Shown: in pieces, positions 1-14,087 of the stretch | Position numbering within the stretch: the first letter of the stretch is position 1 | Layout: every line of letters begins with the position of its first letter | Notes under the pieces: generated by a model | The model's database searches: none | Told to the model about the DNA's origin: nothing | What the model saw: only the letters and a program-made list of their open reading frames with translations | Translations under genes and position numbers: made by a program | Assembly (NCBI GenBank): GCA_016748015.1 | Contig: JAAOMT010000299.1 | Location: 905,090-969,089 of the forward strand | Direction: 5' to 3' | Source: Geosiphon pyriformis uo1 | Lineage: Eukaryota; Fungi; Glomeromycota | Length of the DNA: 64,000 bases

Positions 1-1385
1 TCAGGTGGTGTGTGGTGCTGCCACTTATTTTCCTAGCTTGAACAAAGATTTAGGAGTGGAGGTACATGGTGTGCTGTTTTCGACTCTGGCTGAGTTACAG
101 GCTGTTGCCCTGGCTTTGGAGTGCATTTTTGCCTCTGTTTTAGTGGCTTTGCACACAAATAGTCAAGCAGCTATTGATGCATGTGTGGTCGAATTGGGTT
201 TTTTGTAGCCAAATTGTCACAATAGTTGCTGGATAGAAAGGCACCATGTGGTTGATTTGATTAAATCCAAAAATCTGACTGTCCACTGGATCAAAGTCAA
301 AGGTCATGCTGGCATTGCTGGTAATGTTATGGCTGACATTTTTGCTAAACAAACTGCACACTCTAGGGTCTCTCTCTTTGCCAGGATTAATTGTAGATGT
401 GGTTGCTGATGGCAGGCCAGTTTCTGATAATGCCCACCATTTTGTATATGACATTTTTTATTCTATTTGCAAGTTTTAGTGGAAGGTAGGTCCTGGCCAA
501 GAGATTTTGTCTTGTTTGTTTGGTCTGGTTGTTGATTGGAATAGTACTGCTTTAGTTTGGCACCCTAACTCTCATATGCTCTCTGGGAGTACATGTCGAG
601 CCACTGCTGCTCTTTGTACGTACTTCATAAAAGCTGTTCATTTTAAGTTGTCTGTTGCTATTCGAAAGAGGCTGTATAATAAAGATTACTCTGGTGTATT
701 ATGTCTATTTTGTGGTAATGTGGAACTTCCTGATCATGGCTTTACTTGTGTTAAGGATGCTTCTGTGTGGTCAGATATTTTGGGTGATTTTGGTGGTTTG
801 TGAAAAACTCTGATGGGTCCTGATTTACTGTCACTGTCTTTTGTATTACAAGATCTCTCTCTGAGGATGTCTGATGTTGGTTTGTATTTGGTTTTTTGCA
901 AGGGATTTGTTCTCAAGAGTTGGATGGATGAGGCCATTGCTTCTCTTAGTAACAAAAAAAAAGTGGCCTTTGTGGTAGTGGATTTCGTCCATTGTTTGGC
1001 TGAGAGTCTTAGGATGAACCTCTGGCTTTTTAGAACTAAGTTCAGGTCTAACATGGAAAGAGTGGTTTGATTGGTGATAATGTTGTTGTGGCTGGTGCTC
1101 TTGGTGTGGGTGTTCTGCCTTTTTCAGCTGGCACGGTCTGTCTTATTGGTGTGTTAGATTCTCTTGATGTCAGTTTTGGTTTTAGGAATAGGTTCTTGTT
1201 TTTGTCTGGTGCTGTTTATAGAATTAGTGTTTCTATAAGTGTGTAGTATTGCCTTGATTGGCTCGAATGGCCGGTCACATATAGCAAATGTGTGAACCAT
1301 GTTTAGTTGACTACTTTTTTTTGTAACTTATTCTAGACTTTAGTTGGGCTGCACTTGTTAATAAATAAATAAATAAATAAAAAAA
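1..1385 (+). mobile_element. LINE copy 1: 3' end of a non-LTR retrotransposon (RNase H, CCHC finger, 3' UTR, tail); runs off the left edge
   Basis: Fragments STLAELQAVALAL, HTNSQAAID, KVKGHAGIAGN and CLFCGNVELPDHGFTC are collinear with ORF2 at 28362-29972. ORF2 stop TAG is at 1244-1246, and an (AATA)n/poly-A tail is at about 1360-1385. Confidence 0.9.
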
Positions 1386-1764
1386 TTAAAAATTAAATAT
1401 CATATAATTTTATTAAAAAAATTGAAAATTTTTTTTTACTATTTATTTCAATTATTATTTTACAATATTATTTTATTAAGCTTATTAATCCAATTAAGAT
1501 AGATTTAAAAATATTTTTCCATTTTTTTTTAAAAATCTCTCTAATTTACTATAATTTTAAACTATTTTTTTTACTTTTTTTTTAATAATAGCCTAAAATT
1601 TTATTATTAAATTTAAGTCAAAACTATTAAATAGTATTATTTATATAAAAAAATAGAAAAACATAATAGTATAAAAATAGTTAATAGCAAAATAAAAGAT
1701 TATTAGAACATATAATATTAAGAATTTTAGGAATACTAATAAAAATTTCAGAAATTTTAGACAT

Positions 1765-2669
1765 TGTTATAAATGATTATTTGGGATGTTAATACAAGTA
1801 ATAAATTTATAACTTGGTATTCAATAATTGGTGATATTAGTAATATCTGAAGGTTTTCATAATCTGAAGATTTTGGTGAAGTCTTTTGTATAATTAACAG
1901 AGATTCAATAATTGTTTTAGTAGTCTCCCAAAATGATTATTTTATCAATTTTTTTTTCAGTATAGTGGTAATTTATTTTGGCAGTTATGTTCTTTTGATA
2001 AGCTATTCTCAATTTTTGAGTTTTATACTTTTATTTTTGGGTCTTTTACTAGGCTATTTTGATATCAATAACTCAGCATTTTAATTTTTTTAATTAATTA
2101 GTAAACAATACAATAAAACAAAAAAAAATAAAAAAAAAAATATATATATATAAAATATAAAAAATTAGTATTTCATCAATAATCATAATCAAAAGCTATT
2201 AGTTCAATATGGTTAAGTGTTAGATTCTATTAACATAGAGTGTTAATAGAGTAGAAGTGTTTAATATTCTTTTAATTAAGTAATAATAACATAGATTTAA
2301 GTAGTAATTAATGTTTTATTGATATATAATTTGATTTTATTTCAAGTTGTAGAAAACTATCTTTTGAAGAAAAGGGTATAAGATAAATAATGGGTTGTAA
2401 GTATTGATTTTGAACTGGATTTTGTCTTTTCTGTTTTTAATATTTTTACTATATATACATATTTTTTGTTTTATGAGATCTCACATTTTTTTAAGCAATA
2501 TGCCCTAATTTATTAATATTGCTTATATTGCTGAGCAGTATGTCATAATTTGCTAGCAATGTGTTATAGTTTTCTAATATTGTGCTTATATATTAAGTAC
2601 TATTCTCCTATTGGTTTATTTTTTTATCTGTTTTTCCAATTTTTTTTTTGTATTTTTCTATGAGTAACA
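1765..2669 (-). repeat. 3' LTR of E1 (about 905 bp)
   Basis: TG...CA termini (TGTTAC at 2669, ATAACA at 1765 on the minus strand), preceded by a purine tract. Homologous to the LTR at 19094-19994. Confidence 0.8.
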
Positions 2670-5600
2670 TTATCTTCTTTTTTTTAATATTGAGCTTTGT
2701 TAAAATTGTTACTTTGAATTAAGTTTATTATTTCTCTTTCTAATATTGTTTGCTTAATTCTGTTCTTTATTTTTTTACATTAAGAGTTGTTTATTTTTTT
2801 CTACTGGTTAACAGTTATTGTTTCTATTTTTTGATATAGTAGTATTTCTGGATAGTTTTGAAATATAGTATATAGTCAGTAAATTGTTTTAATGTATATT
2901 TTTGAATTTGTTTTTTTTTAATAAATTCTTCAATCTGTTGTACTATTTTTTGATTGAATATTCTTTTAAATTTATTAATATATAATTCTTGGATATTTAG
3001 CTTTTGTCTTAGCTAATAATAACAATATACTATTGGAAGTTGTTCTGTTCATAACTTCCAGTTTTCTTTTAGTTCCTCTGTTGGAATTATTCTTGGTATT
3101 TTCCCAAAAGTGTTTTTTACTTTTTTTATGATTTTATCTGACCAATACTTTGTTTGGTTCTGTGGTTATTAATATGAGATTATTCTTGCTTTTCTTTCCT
3201 TTGTTGTGTTTTAATAACAAATTGTTTGGTGGTTAATAACAATTCCCATGTCTAATTGTTGTTTATTTATAGTCTGGAATAGTTGTTGAGTCATTGAGTA
3301 AATGTGGTTTGGAATTTCTATCTTTTATTGTTGCTGTTGTTGTGTTTATTGTGTTTTTATATACTGTTTTTGTAGATCAATTTAATGTGTTTGTATTGAT
3401 GATTATTATTGGTTCTAGATCTTGTAAAATTTTATTTGGTTGAACTAGTATTTGTTGTATTTTCAGTTGTGGAATATTATTGGTAGATAATGATGCTATA
3501 TTGTAATATGGTTTTAGTTAATTTCTATGTATTGTTTTAGTTAAAATTTTGTTGTTTCATCTTAGTTTATAAGCTTTATTTCCTAGAATTTCTTTAATAT
3601 AAAATAGTTTGTCTCATTTTGGGTTAAATTTTTCACTCCATTGTTTTTCTGCTTTGGTACAATATAAAAATACTTTGTTTTTAATCTTAAATTGAATTGG
3701 TTTATTTGGTAATTGGTTATTATGTCATTTTTTTTGTTTTTCTTGTAACTTTTGAATATTATCAGCTGCTTTTTATCTTTTGTTTTCCAAAGTTTCTATT
3801 AATTCATATGTTTTTTTAGCAAAGTTTTTTGAAAGTTGGCTTCTGTTATTGGTTCTGTTGAATATGTATTAATGTCTATCTTAATTGGTAATTTTGCTGT
3901 TCTACCATAAACAAATTCAAATAGTGTTGCTTGTATGGTATCTTCCTTTATTGTTTAATAAGCAAATAGTACTGATGATATAAACAAATCTCATTTGTTT
4001 TGGTTTTCTTGGCTGATCTTGGCTATTGCTTTATATAATATTCTGTTAAACCTTTTAACTAAGCCATTTGTTTGTGAATAATATAGTAATAATAATGGTC
4101 TTTTAATTTCAAATCTTTGACTTAATTTTGTTAATGTTCTGTTCACAAAGTGAGTTTTTTGATCTGATAATAATTTTTTTGAACATCCATGTTAACAAAT
4201 CAAATTTTAATAAACAAATTTGGTTATGAATTCTATATCTGCTCTTTGTATTGCTTTTGCTTCTAGGTATTTTGTAAGATAGTTTATAACTACTGTTATA
4301 TAATAATTGTTTTTATTGGTTATTGTTAATGATTCAACTAAGTCAATTTCAATTCAATTAAATAATTGTTCCACTTTGATTGGTTTTAGTAGTTTATTGG
4401 GCCTTGTTCTTTCTTTTTTTTGACAAGCATCACAATTTTGAATATATTGAATAATGTTTGGATACATAAATGACCAATAGTATTTTTTTTTGGTTCTTTT
4501 TATAGTTGTTTTTTTATAAAAATGTTCTGCTATTAGATCTAAATACATATTAAATAGTATTGTTTTTTTCTTTGGCTCTGTGATTACTCTGAGTGGCTGA
4601 TTTGAGTATTTTTTGTTCTTTTAGTATAATATATCTTGGTAAGTAATAAAATATTTGGCTTGTTATTTTATGTTGTTTTGTTTTTTTGAGATAATTTTTT
4701 CTTGAACTATTAAGTATTAATATAATATTAGAGTTGTTAATATTTTTGTGTGTTCATTTTTTGTTATATTTTTGGATTGAAATGTTTTTAGATTTGTTTT
4801 ATTCATAACAAACCATCAGTATTTCTATTTTCTTTTTCTTTTTTATAATGTATCATATAATTAAATAATAATAGTTCTATTTTTTATTTTACATGGTAAT
4901 TGTCTCCAAATTCTTGCTTCTAGATTAATGTGAAAGCTTCTTGTTGAATTTCAGTTCATTTATATTTCACATTTTTTGCTTAGAGCTAATAAAATAGTTG
5001 AGCCAGTTTGAAAAAGTTATAGATAAAACAGCAATAGTATTTAGCAAATTCCAAGAATGCTCTTAATTCTGTGAGATTTGTTAATACTAAAAAGTTCTTA
5101 ACTATTTCAATTTTATTTGGATTCATTTTGATGCTGTTTTTGCTCACAACATATTAAAAATTTCAGTTTTGTTTTGCCAAAAAAGTATTTGTTTGCATTC
5201 AGTTTTAATTCAGCTCTTTTTAATCTTTTGAATACTTATTGAAAATGATATAGATGATTATTAAATATTTTTGAAAACACATTAGTGTTATCTAGATAAC
5301 CTACTATGGATTTCCATAATAATCTGGTATAAACAATTTCCATAAGCCATTAAAAAATGACTGGAACATTAGTTAAGCTGAATAACATAACATTAAATTC
5401 AAAATTTTTTTTTTTGGTTGTAAATACTGTCTTTTTTTTGTCAATTAAATTCATGGCTACTTGTCAGTAACCACTATTTAAGTCCAATATTGAAAACCAT
5501 TTTTTTTTTCAAAAGTGTTGAATAGTTTTTGGATCCATAGAGTTAGATAATTATCTTTATAAGTAATACTATTAAGCTTTTTATAATTTACACAAAAGTA

Positions 5601-7691
5601 GATTTTTTTATTTTTTTATGAACAAGTACTATTGGTAATGATTATGAACTTATTGATAGTTGAATTAATCCATTGTCTAACATTTTGTTAATTTCTTGTT
5701 GGATGATTTCATGGCTTGTTGGTGGTACTCAGTATGCTCATTGTTTTATTGGCATAGTATCTCCAGTTTTGATCTGATGCTGGATGATATTAGTTCTGTC
5801 AAATTCATTTTTACTGGCAAAAATGTTAGTAAAATTGTTAAGTAGCATCTTAAGTTGTATTTGTTAAAGTAAATCTAAGTTTTCCAAGTTTATTTGTTCC
5901 AATTGTTTTGGTTAAAGCAAATAACATTCTTCTTATTTGTATATTGTTTGTAATATAATATTCACATATTCACAAAACTGTAAAAAGTTTGAAATAATAG
6001 TTGGTGGCTGATTTTCAACTTTAGTGCTTAAGTGTCTAATAATTGTTCTACTTGGTATTTCAATAATATTTTCAGTTGTATTATATATTGGAATTTTAAT
6101 ATGTTTATAGTTCTTGGCCAATATATAGAGATTGGTAATGCTAATCTCTCCTAATTCACAAATGTTGATTTCTATTTCAAAAATTTGGAATTAGTTCTTC
6201 ACCTTTTTTTCTATAACTACTATATACTGGTTATATAGTAAAATAGAAATTGGTTAATAAGTGGAAATAATTTCTCTCTTATCAATTGGTTCTTTTTTTG
6301 CCATATTAACTGGTATATTTATTCTATCTGTTAATCTGAATTCATTTTTTTTTCTGGCTGTGATCTCTAATTCTTTTTTTTTTCCTACTAAAACTAATTG
6401 AGTTATTTTAATCAGAAGTAGAAATATTGCCTATGCTATCTTTTTATTTGGTTCAATAGTATATTTTTTTTTTGAATTGTTTTGTAGTATTGTAATAATA
6501 TTTTCTATATATTCTGCATTAATTATTCTTTCTCTGATGTTAATCTTTTTTTTTACTAAATTAGATCTAAATATTAATTGAATTATTGTTGTTACCAGAA
6601 TTTCTATTTTCAGATCTATACTGGTACATAAATAAGGTTTTAATCTGATAACAGTTTTCTCTAGGTATCTAAGATCAAATTTTACATCAGTATTATGTAT
6701 GTGTTTTGACATAATACTTTTATTATTATTGCTAAACCATTTCAGTTCTTGTTCTATAAAGAGATCTGGAAGTGTAATATATTGTTTAGAGTTGTAATTA
6801 GAGTTTGAATTATTGTTGTTGTTGCCATAGTGAATGAAGTTAGAACTGTTGTTGCTGTCATTATTAGAATCTGAATTGCAATTAATTTTTGATTTTAATT
6901 TTGATACACACTCACTAATTGGTTTTTTTTTTCAAGAATCAAATAAATCATGTATGGTGGTGGATTATAAATAATGTTACAATTATCACAATATTCAAAG
7001 TCACTGAAAATTAGACAATATTTACACAACTTCATATTTAATCATTCTAGTCTTTGCTTTTGTTCTTTACAAGTTGGTGCTAGATTTTAGTAATATTCAT
7101 GGAATTGTTCAGGATTATTCATGACATCATTGTCAAAGTTAAACATTAAAACAAATTCGAATTCAGAAAGTATTAATGTGTTGTTTTTGATTTCTAGTAT
7201 TTTATTGGTTAAAGTGTCTTCAGCTTTGACACTTACCATTTTTCAGATTTCATGTTCATCATGTGGGTAATTTTTCAATTATCTTAGTATTTGTTTTCAA
7301 ACAGCATCAATTGAAGTTCTTTTTTGTATCCAATTATTGATTAGAATTATGTATTGATACAATTCATTGCACATTTTTTCTTGTTCAGAAATGTTGTTCC
7401 ATATTTTTTCATTGAAAAAAATTGTTCCATATGTAAGACAAGACTTATTGTCCTATTTTTCTTATCATTTAAGTTATTTAAAGCATTCAAAAATGTATAG
7501 GTAATAGTAATACTTGGTTGCTATTGACTATTTCTTATCATTGTCACAACATGCACCTATTGTTAACAATTTTTTGCTACAATTAATGCAAATTAGTTTG
7601 GGTCAGCAATAAGTTGGTTGTTTTGATAGTGTGATGTCATATGGAGTATATATTGAGATGGTGGCTTGAAGTTATTCTTCTTTTCTCTCCA
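1765..7691 (-). mobile_element. Ty3/Gypsy E1 (subfamily A), 5'-truncated and heavily decayed: Cys-rich domain, dUTPase, RT, partly deleted RNase H, integrase, ORF3 remnant, 3' LTR
   Basis: dUTPase fragment at 6431-6712 (FDLRY...IINAEY...KKIA), RT YLDN near 5295, integrase Zn finger fragment at 4354-4548 (H...CDAC). Collinear with E5 at 60829-64000. Left end reads TGTTAT at 1765. Confidence 0.88.
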
Positions 7692-9517
7692 TCATTCAAG
7701 TATATGACTACTAATTTCTATAGTAGCCCAGTATAAACAATTTTTATGAGTTGCTGAAAAGTGGCTGGTATATTCATCAAGCTGAATAGCATCATTTCAA
7801 ATTCAAAATTTTCTTCTCAAGTTGTAAAAGCTGTTTTCTCTTTATCTTCTGGTTTTATGGCTACTTGCCAGTAATTACTATCTAAGTCTAAAGTTAAGAA
7901 CCATTTTTTTCCTCCAAAAGTGTCAAACAGCTTTTGGATCTTTGGTGTTATGTAACTATCTCCTTTTGTCACTCCATTTAGTTTCCAGTAATCTACACAA
8001 AGTAGATTTTCCCATTTTTCTTATGGACTAATACCACTGATAATAACCATGGGCTCATTGATGGCTGAATTAGCCTGTTGTTAAGCATCTAATTTATTTT
8101 TTGACGAATGATCTTATGGCTGGCTGGTGGTACTTTGTATGTTCTTTGTTTAATTGGCATTGTATCTTCAGTTTTGATTTAATGTTAGATTATGTCAGTT
8201 CTGTCAAATTTATTTTCACTTGCAAAGATGTTATTAAAGTTGTTAAGTAATATTTTAAGCTGCATACATTATAGTGAGTCTAGATTTCTCAAGTTCATTT
8301 GTTCCAATTGTTCTGATTGGAGCAAATAACATTTTTTTCGTCTGTATATTGTTTGAGATGTGATATCTACATATCTACACAGTTGTAGAAAGTCTGGAAT
8401 GGTGTTTGGCAGTTGGTTTTCAATTTCAGTGGTTAAGTATTCAATAGTAGTTCTTTTTGGTATCTCAATAATATTTCCTGTGTTGTTATAAATGGGAATT
8501 TTGATGTGTCTATGGTTTTTTGCTGGTATGTGTAGATTGACTAATCCAATCTTTCCTGATTTACAAAGTGTTGCTTCTGTCTCAAAAATCTGAACCTGAT
8601 CTTTTACTTTTTTTTCTATAACTACTATGTACTGATTATATGGTAGAATGAAAATTGATTGACAGGTGGAAATAATTTCTCTCTTGTCAATAGTTTTTTT
8701 CTCTGCCATATTAACTGGTACATCTATTCTACCTGTTAATCTGAAATCTTGTATCCCTTTTGCTGTAATCCCTAATTTTTTTCTGTTTCCCACTAATACT
8801 AATTGAGCTATCTTAACCAGAGGCAGAAATATTGCCTGTACTATCTTTTTATTTGGCTTTATAATATAGGCTTTTTCTGAGTTATTTTGTAGTATTGCAA
8901 TGATATTTTCTATATATCCTGCATCAATTATTCCTCTTCTGATGTTGATTTCTTTTTTTGCTAAACTATTTCTGGATGCTAGTTGAACTATGATTGTTGT
9001 TAAGATTTTTAGTACTACTTTGAAGTCAATGTAGGTGTGTAAATGTGGTTCCAATTTAATGACATTTTTTTCTAGATATCTTAGATCAAATCTTGTATCA
9101 GTATCATGTGCTTGTTCTGACATGATGCCTTTATTGTTATCACTAAAGCATTTAAGTTTTTGTTTCTTGGAGAAATCAGAAAAGGCAATGTATGTTTCTG
9201 GATTTGAATTGGAGTACAAATCATTGTTATTTTTGTTGCCATTTTAAACAGAACTGGAACCATTATTCTTGTTATTATTGTTTTCAAAGTTTGAATTAGG
9301 ATTAATATTTAATTCCAATTCTGATGTGCAGCTGCTAATTGGTTCATTTTTCTCTGAAATCGTGTAGATCATGTGTGGTGGTAGATTGTAAATAAGATCA
9401 CACTTATTACAATATTGAAAGTCACATGAGATCAAACAATAGTCACATAATTGGGTGTTTATTTCTTCCAACTATTGTTCTTGCTCTTCTTTTGTTAGTG
9501 CCAAATTTTGGTAGTGC

Positions 9518-10520
9518 TGTTACAGGTAAACTTGATGGGTAATGAAACTGGTAACATTTGGTGTTCTTAATTATTAGAGATGCGTCTTCTGTGTAATTCT
9601 GTTGGCTTAGTCTTGGTTATCAGTCTCTGAAGGTCTATTTCTAGATGTGAATTTACCCATTGAGTTCTTTGGTTATAAGGCACAGAATTTGTTTTTCGTC
9701 AATTATAATGTTTTTCATAAATGTGAGTTTTCTTCTCTGAGCTAATAAATGCAGTTGTTAAGATCTGGCATTGTCTTTTCACCCTTCTGGTAAGCTATCA
9801 AGATAATGTTAATATCCAAAACCTAAGGGAAGCCTCCCTCTTTTACCAGGCTATCACAAAGTCTATTCCCAGACAGTTGATTTTTTTATGTTGTTGTTCC
9901 ACAAAAGAAAAAAAGAAAAAAAAGAAAATAAAAGAAAATAAAAGAAAATAAAGAAAATAAAAATAAAAAATAAGTGTCCTGTCAATAGCCATGATTAAAA
10001 GCTATTGTGCCAGCAGGTTAAGTAGTGGATAATAACATGAATTTAAAAAATTAAAGGGATATTTTATTGATATAATTCCATTTCGGTTGATAGCAACTAT
10101 CTTTGAAAGGAAGAGTATTTAATAATTATGACCTGCAAGTCTAATTGACTCTGAGAGTTTAATTGATTTCTGAAAGTCTAATTTTCTCTCTAGATGTCTT
10201 TCTAACTTCTACAGCTACTCATTTTATACATTTTTTTTGTTCTACAAGATTACTTCTGATTGTTCTATTATTGCTAACTATTGCTTTGCTATTTCTGTAA
10301 TTGCTTCATTTTTTTATGTTATTACTAGTTATCCTATGTTATAATATGTTATCTGGTGTTATTACATGTTATTCTGTGTTATCCTACATTATAATGCATT
10401 ATCCTGCATTATTCTAAGTTATAACATATTATCCAATGTTATTATGCACTATTCTGTGTTATGTCATGTTTTGGTCACGTTTCTTCATAACTTTGGATCA
10501 GTTTTTCTACTCAGGTAACA
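9518..10520 (-). repeat. Solo LTR (type B, 1003 bp) inserted in the Cys-rich domain of E2
   Basis: TGTTAC...GTAACA termini with a 4-bp TSD GTGC at 9514-9517 and 10521-10524. Removing it restores the E-H-Y-Q reading seen in other copies. Confidence 0.93.
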
Positions 10521-13094
10521 GTGCTCATAAAACTCCTCTGGGCTTGTCTCTATGTCAAGAAAAACATCTGGGTTTGGAATGAAGACAATGTCGACCAGTT
10601 TTGGGGGATTATTTTTAATTTTCAGGATTTCACTAGATATGGCTTCTTTGACTTTGGCATTTGCCATTCTCCAGATCTCATCTTTGTCATGTGGGTAGCC
10701 ATCCAAGTAAGTTATTGTTCAGTGCCAAGCAGCAATAATGAAAATGCTATGATTAACCCAGTCGCTTATAAGGATTATATACTGGCACAATGTATTACAT
10801 GTTTTTTTTTGACCAGAAATGTCATTCCATATTCTTTTGTTGAGTAACCATTCACCACAAGTAAAACATAGTTTATTGTTCCACTTTCCCTGTTTCTTTA
10901 GATAACCATAGTGTTTCCTATAACATGATTTGCAGTAGTAGTGAATTCTGGTCCAATAGTCTTTGTTAAGGGCTATTCAAGCTTCCATGGAAGAAAGTTT
11001 TTTTTTTACAGTTCTTGCATTTAAGAGGTATATATAGCAGCTCTTTTATCAGCTCACATGAGTACTCTCTTTCCCAGCCACTAGTTATTTTCTCTGTAAT
11101 AGTGTTTTCTTTTGGTGCATCTTTTTCCTTTTCTTTTCTTTTGTTGTCCTAAAAAAATACTGGTGGTAGTTTGTTGTGTTTGGTGTTGGTCCAAAAAACT
11201 TGGTATGCTTTCCAAGTAGGTTTTTTCTCTTTTTCTTCTAATTTGATGAGTGGCTTGTTATTGATAATGGTCTTGAAGTGACCACAAATGGCTGGCATGT
11301 ATGTGTGATGGCTGTTTTGACTGAGCTGCAGTTCTTGTGTGTTTTAGTCGAGCACAGTATTGGTTTTAGACAGTTAGTCGTTTTCAACAAGAGCTTGGTA
11401 CTGGATTGCTTCCATTACCAATACCTTAATTGGTATTATGATGTCATTAACTTCAAATGAGAAGTTATTTATTTCACCAATTGGAGTTTTGGTTACTCCA
11501 TTGGCAGTTATAATTCTGGTGCTGGCAGCACAATTAATTCGGCAACTTAATTGGTTCATGAGTTGTTATGTGATAATGCTGTCTGCTGATCTACTATTAA
11601 GGATGAGCTTGATAGAATGGCCATCGACTTTGGCATTAGTGTACATGGCAGTAATGAGTTTTTTCTCAAGTACGGCTCCATTAAACAAGGGTGTAGATGT
11701 CAGTTTCTCAAATTCAAATGAAAAGATAGCTGCAAGTAATTTGTCATTGGTAACAATGGCTAAAGATATGTTGCTGGTAAGTGGTTGTTTTTGGTTGGAT
11801 TCTATGTTGTTGGATGAGACATTTTTTGGAATTATCAGGAGACTTAAATAGTTTTGGGAACTCAGGTTTTGGGTATACCCAGTTCTTGAACTCCACTGAC
11901 ATGATCCCAATGACTGGTTTAAGGAGCTGAAAGTTGGTTGGTAAACAACCATCACCAATCTTCAGTTTTGAGTAACTCTGAATCTGAGATTTCCTGATGT
12001 TATCTGAACTGAGTTTGGAGTTAAGATTGCTGGTGTTTAATAGACTACTTGTGGCTATAGTGGTTGATAGATTATGAGTGTTGTTAGTTGATAGATTGAT
12101 GCTAGAGACTGATATACTTGGGTTAAGTATAATTACTGCATTATTAGGGTTTGATAAATTGGCTGTGTTACTAAAGAGTAATGTAATTGAGATTGGTATT
12201 GTTTTTGTGGTTAATTACTGATGTAATTTTGAGCTTGTAGTCAGCAATCAAAGTTTTAATACTGATTAGCTGATCTCAGGTCACTTATTTTTTTGTGATA
12301 TTCGAATTGCAAATGTTCTTGTTTATTACAATAGTAGCATACATGCATTTCCTGCTGTCACTGGTGATTGGTTGACACTGTTGGACATGGTTGATTTTGG
12401 ATGCGATTAGGGTTTCCTTGATTATTGCATTATTGAAAAGATTGATAAATTGCCTAATTGTTATTAGTTAAGTATCTCTCTAATTTCTGATTGATTGATT
12501 CACTGAATTGCTTCAATTTGGAATCCAAGTCAGATAATCTGCTCATTACTAGATTTATGGCTTAGACATGATTGGCTTCAAGTTCAGTTGCTTTAAAATC
12601 TCTGGCATTTGTAACTATGGCTTGAAAGTCTGTTGGATGCATTGAGTGTATACATTGGAGAATGCTACTGCACAGGCCTCTAATAAATTGATTTAGAATT
12701 TGTGGCACTATAAAATAATCAGCTTGGATTGCCTGAATTTGGTGCAGATTCCTATGAAAGCATCCTAAATAGGCAGTGACTACTTTATTTTTTCTTTGCT
12801 TGATGATGGTGAAAGTGTTGGCCAATCAGTTGATGCTATTATTATTGCTGAAATATTGTAGGAATGCAAACTTGAATGCATTAAAATCTTGAGATTTGTT
12901 AACCAAGCTTTAATACCACGAGTTGGTGGTATTCTGAAGAAAATATGAGATGGCTTGCATGGCTCTGACATTATTTTATTTGTTAGTGGTAATTGCTTTT
13001 TCAACATTGTTTAGCCACACTTGGGCATTATCTTCTTTGCCCATGAATTTTTCAAGCTTTGCTATTGGCGCATAGGCCATTGGATCCAAGTTTG

Positions 13095-13195
13095 GTTGTT
13101 GTTGTTGTTGTTGTTGTTGTTGAAGCAGCTGTTGTGGTTGTTAAAGTGGTTGAAGTGGTTGTTGAATAGGTTGCTGAAGTGACTGCTGTTGAATT
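13095..13195 (-). repeat. (CAA)n poly-Gln microsatellite in gag, just before the capsid
   Basis: TTG repeats at 13095-13122 plus degenerate units. Analogous Q-rich tracts at about 47650-47750 and 20880-20930. Confidence 0.75.
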
Positions 13196-14087
13196 TGTTC
13201 AATAATTTGTTCAATTAGTGACTGATTGATGACAATTACTGAAGATAAGTTTTGCCAATTAATTGTTTCGGGGTTTGAATTGTTTTGAGTTTGCTAAGTT
13301 TGAATGTTTGGAGTTTTGACTTTCAGATTTTCTAAGATTGGGTTTTGGTAAGTAAATTCCTAATCTTCACTTTCTTCTTCTTCTGATTTTGTTACTTTCC
13401 ATGAACTTATGGTTCCAAAATCTGGTTGAGGTGGTGGTGATTGAAATCCTAATGGCATTGGTAATTGTGATTTAAATCCTTCAAAATATTTGCTTTATGG
13501 TTCTAATAATTCTGCTCTTCTTTGTTTACTTTGAAATGAGAATTGTCCAAAGGTTGATGTAGACATGTCTACTGAGAAGATATTGATGACACTTCCTAGT
13601 GTATAATGGTATGATAGATTGGTTGATGATTCAACTCTGGTTTTCTTCCAAGTGGATAGTTATATCTTTTTGAATGTTATTACTGGTGTTTGTAATCTTC
13701 TTTTGTCTTTGTTTGCATATGTGATGGAGAATTGTTGTTGGGTGTATCTCTCAATGGTTTGATTGATTTTTTTAATAATTGGTATAAAACTGTAGTTTCT
13801 TGGTAAGCTGGTATGTTGAAACAATTCTGTATAGAAATTTTTTCTTGTGGATTTAATATTAATTGTTCCTCCTAAGCAATCTGTAATTTTATTGTTAACA
13901 TAAAAGTTAAAGGTTGATTCTGTTAGGAAATAGTTATTGTTTAATTTTAATTGTTGGCTGTACTATTAAAACAAAAATTTGGTGAATTTTAAATGGTTTG
14001 CTCCTATGATTTCTGATTCTGCCACTTTTGGATGATTGTTGTTGGTGCTGGTTCTCTGTAGAATTATATCTTACAAGGAGTACCAAA

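Noticed and set aside
1635-1764. Possible 5' fragment of an E2-type LTR on the plus strand
   Set aside because: Resemblance is visible, but the sequence is too AT-degraded to call boundaries with confidence.
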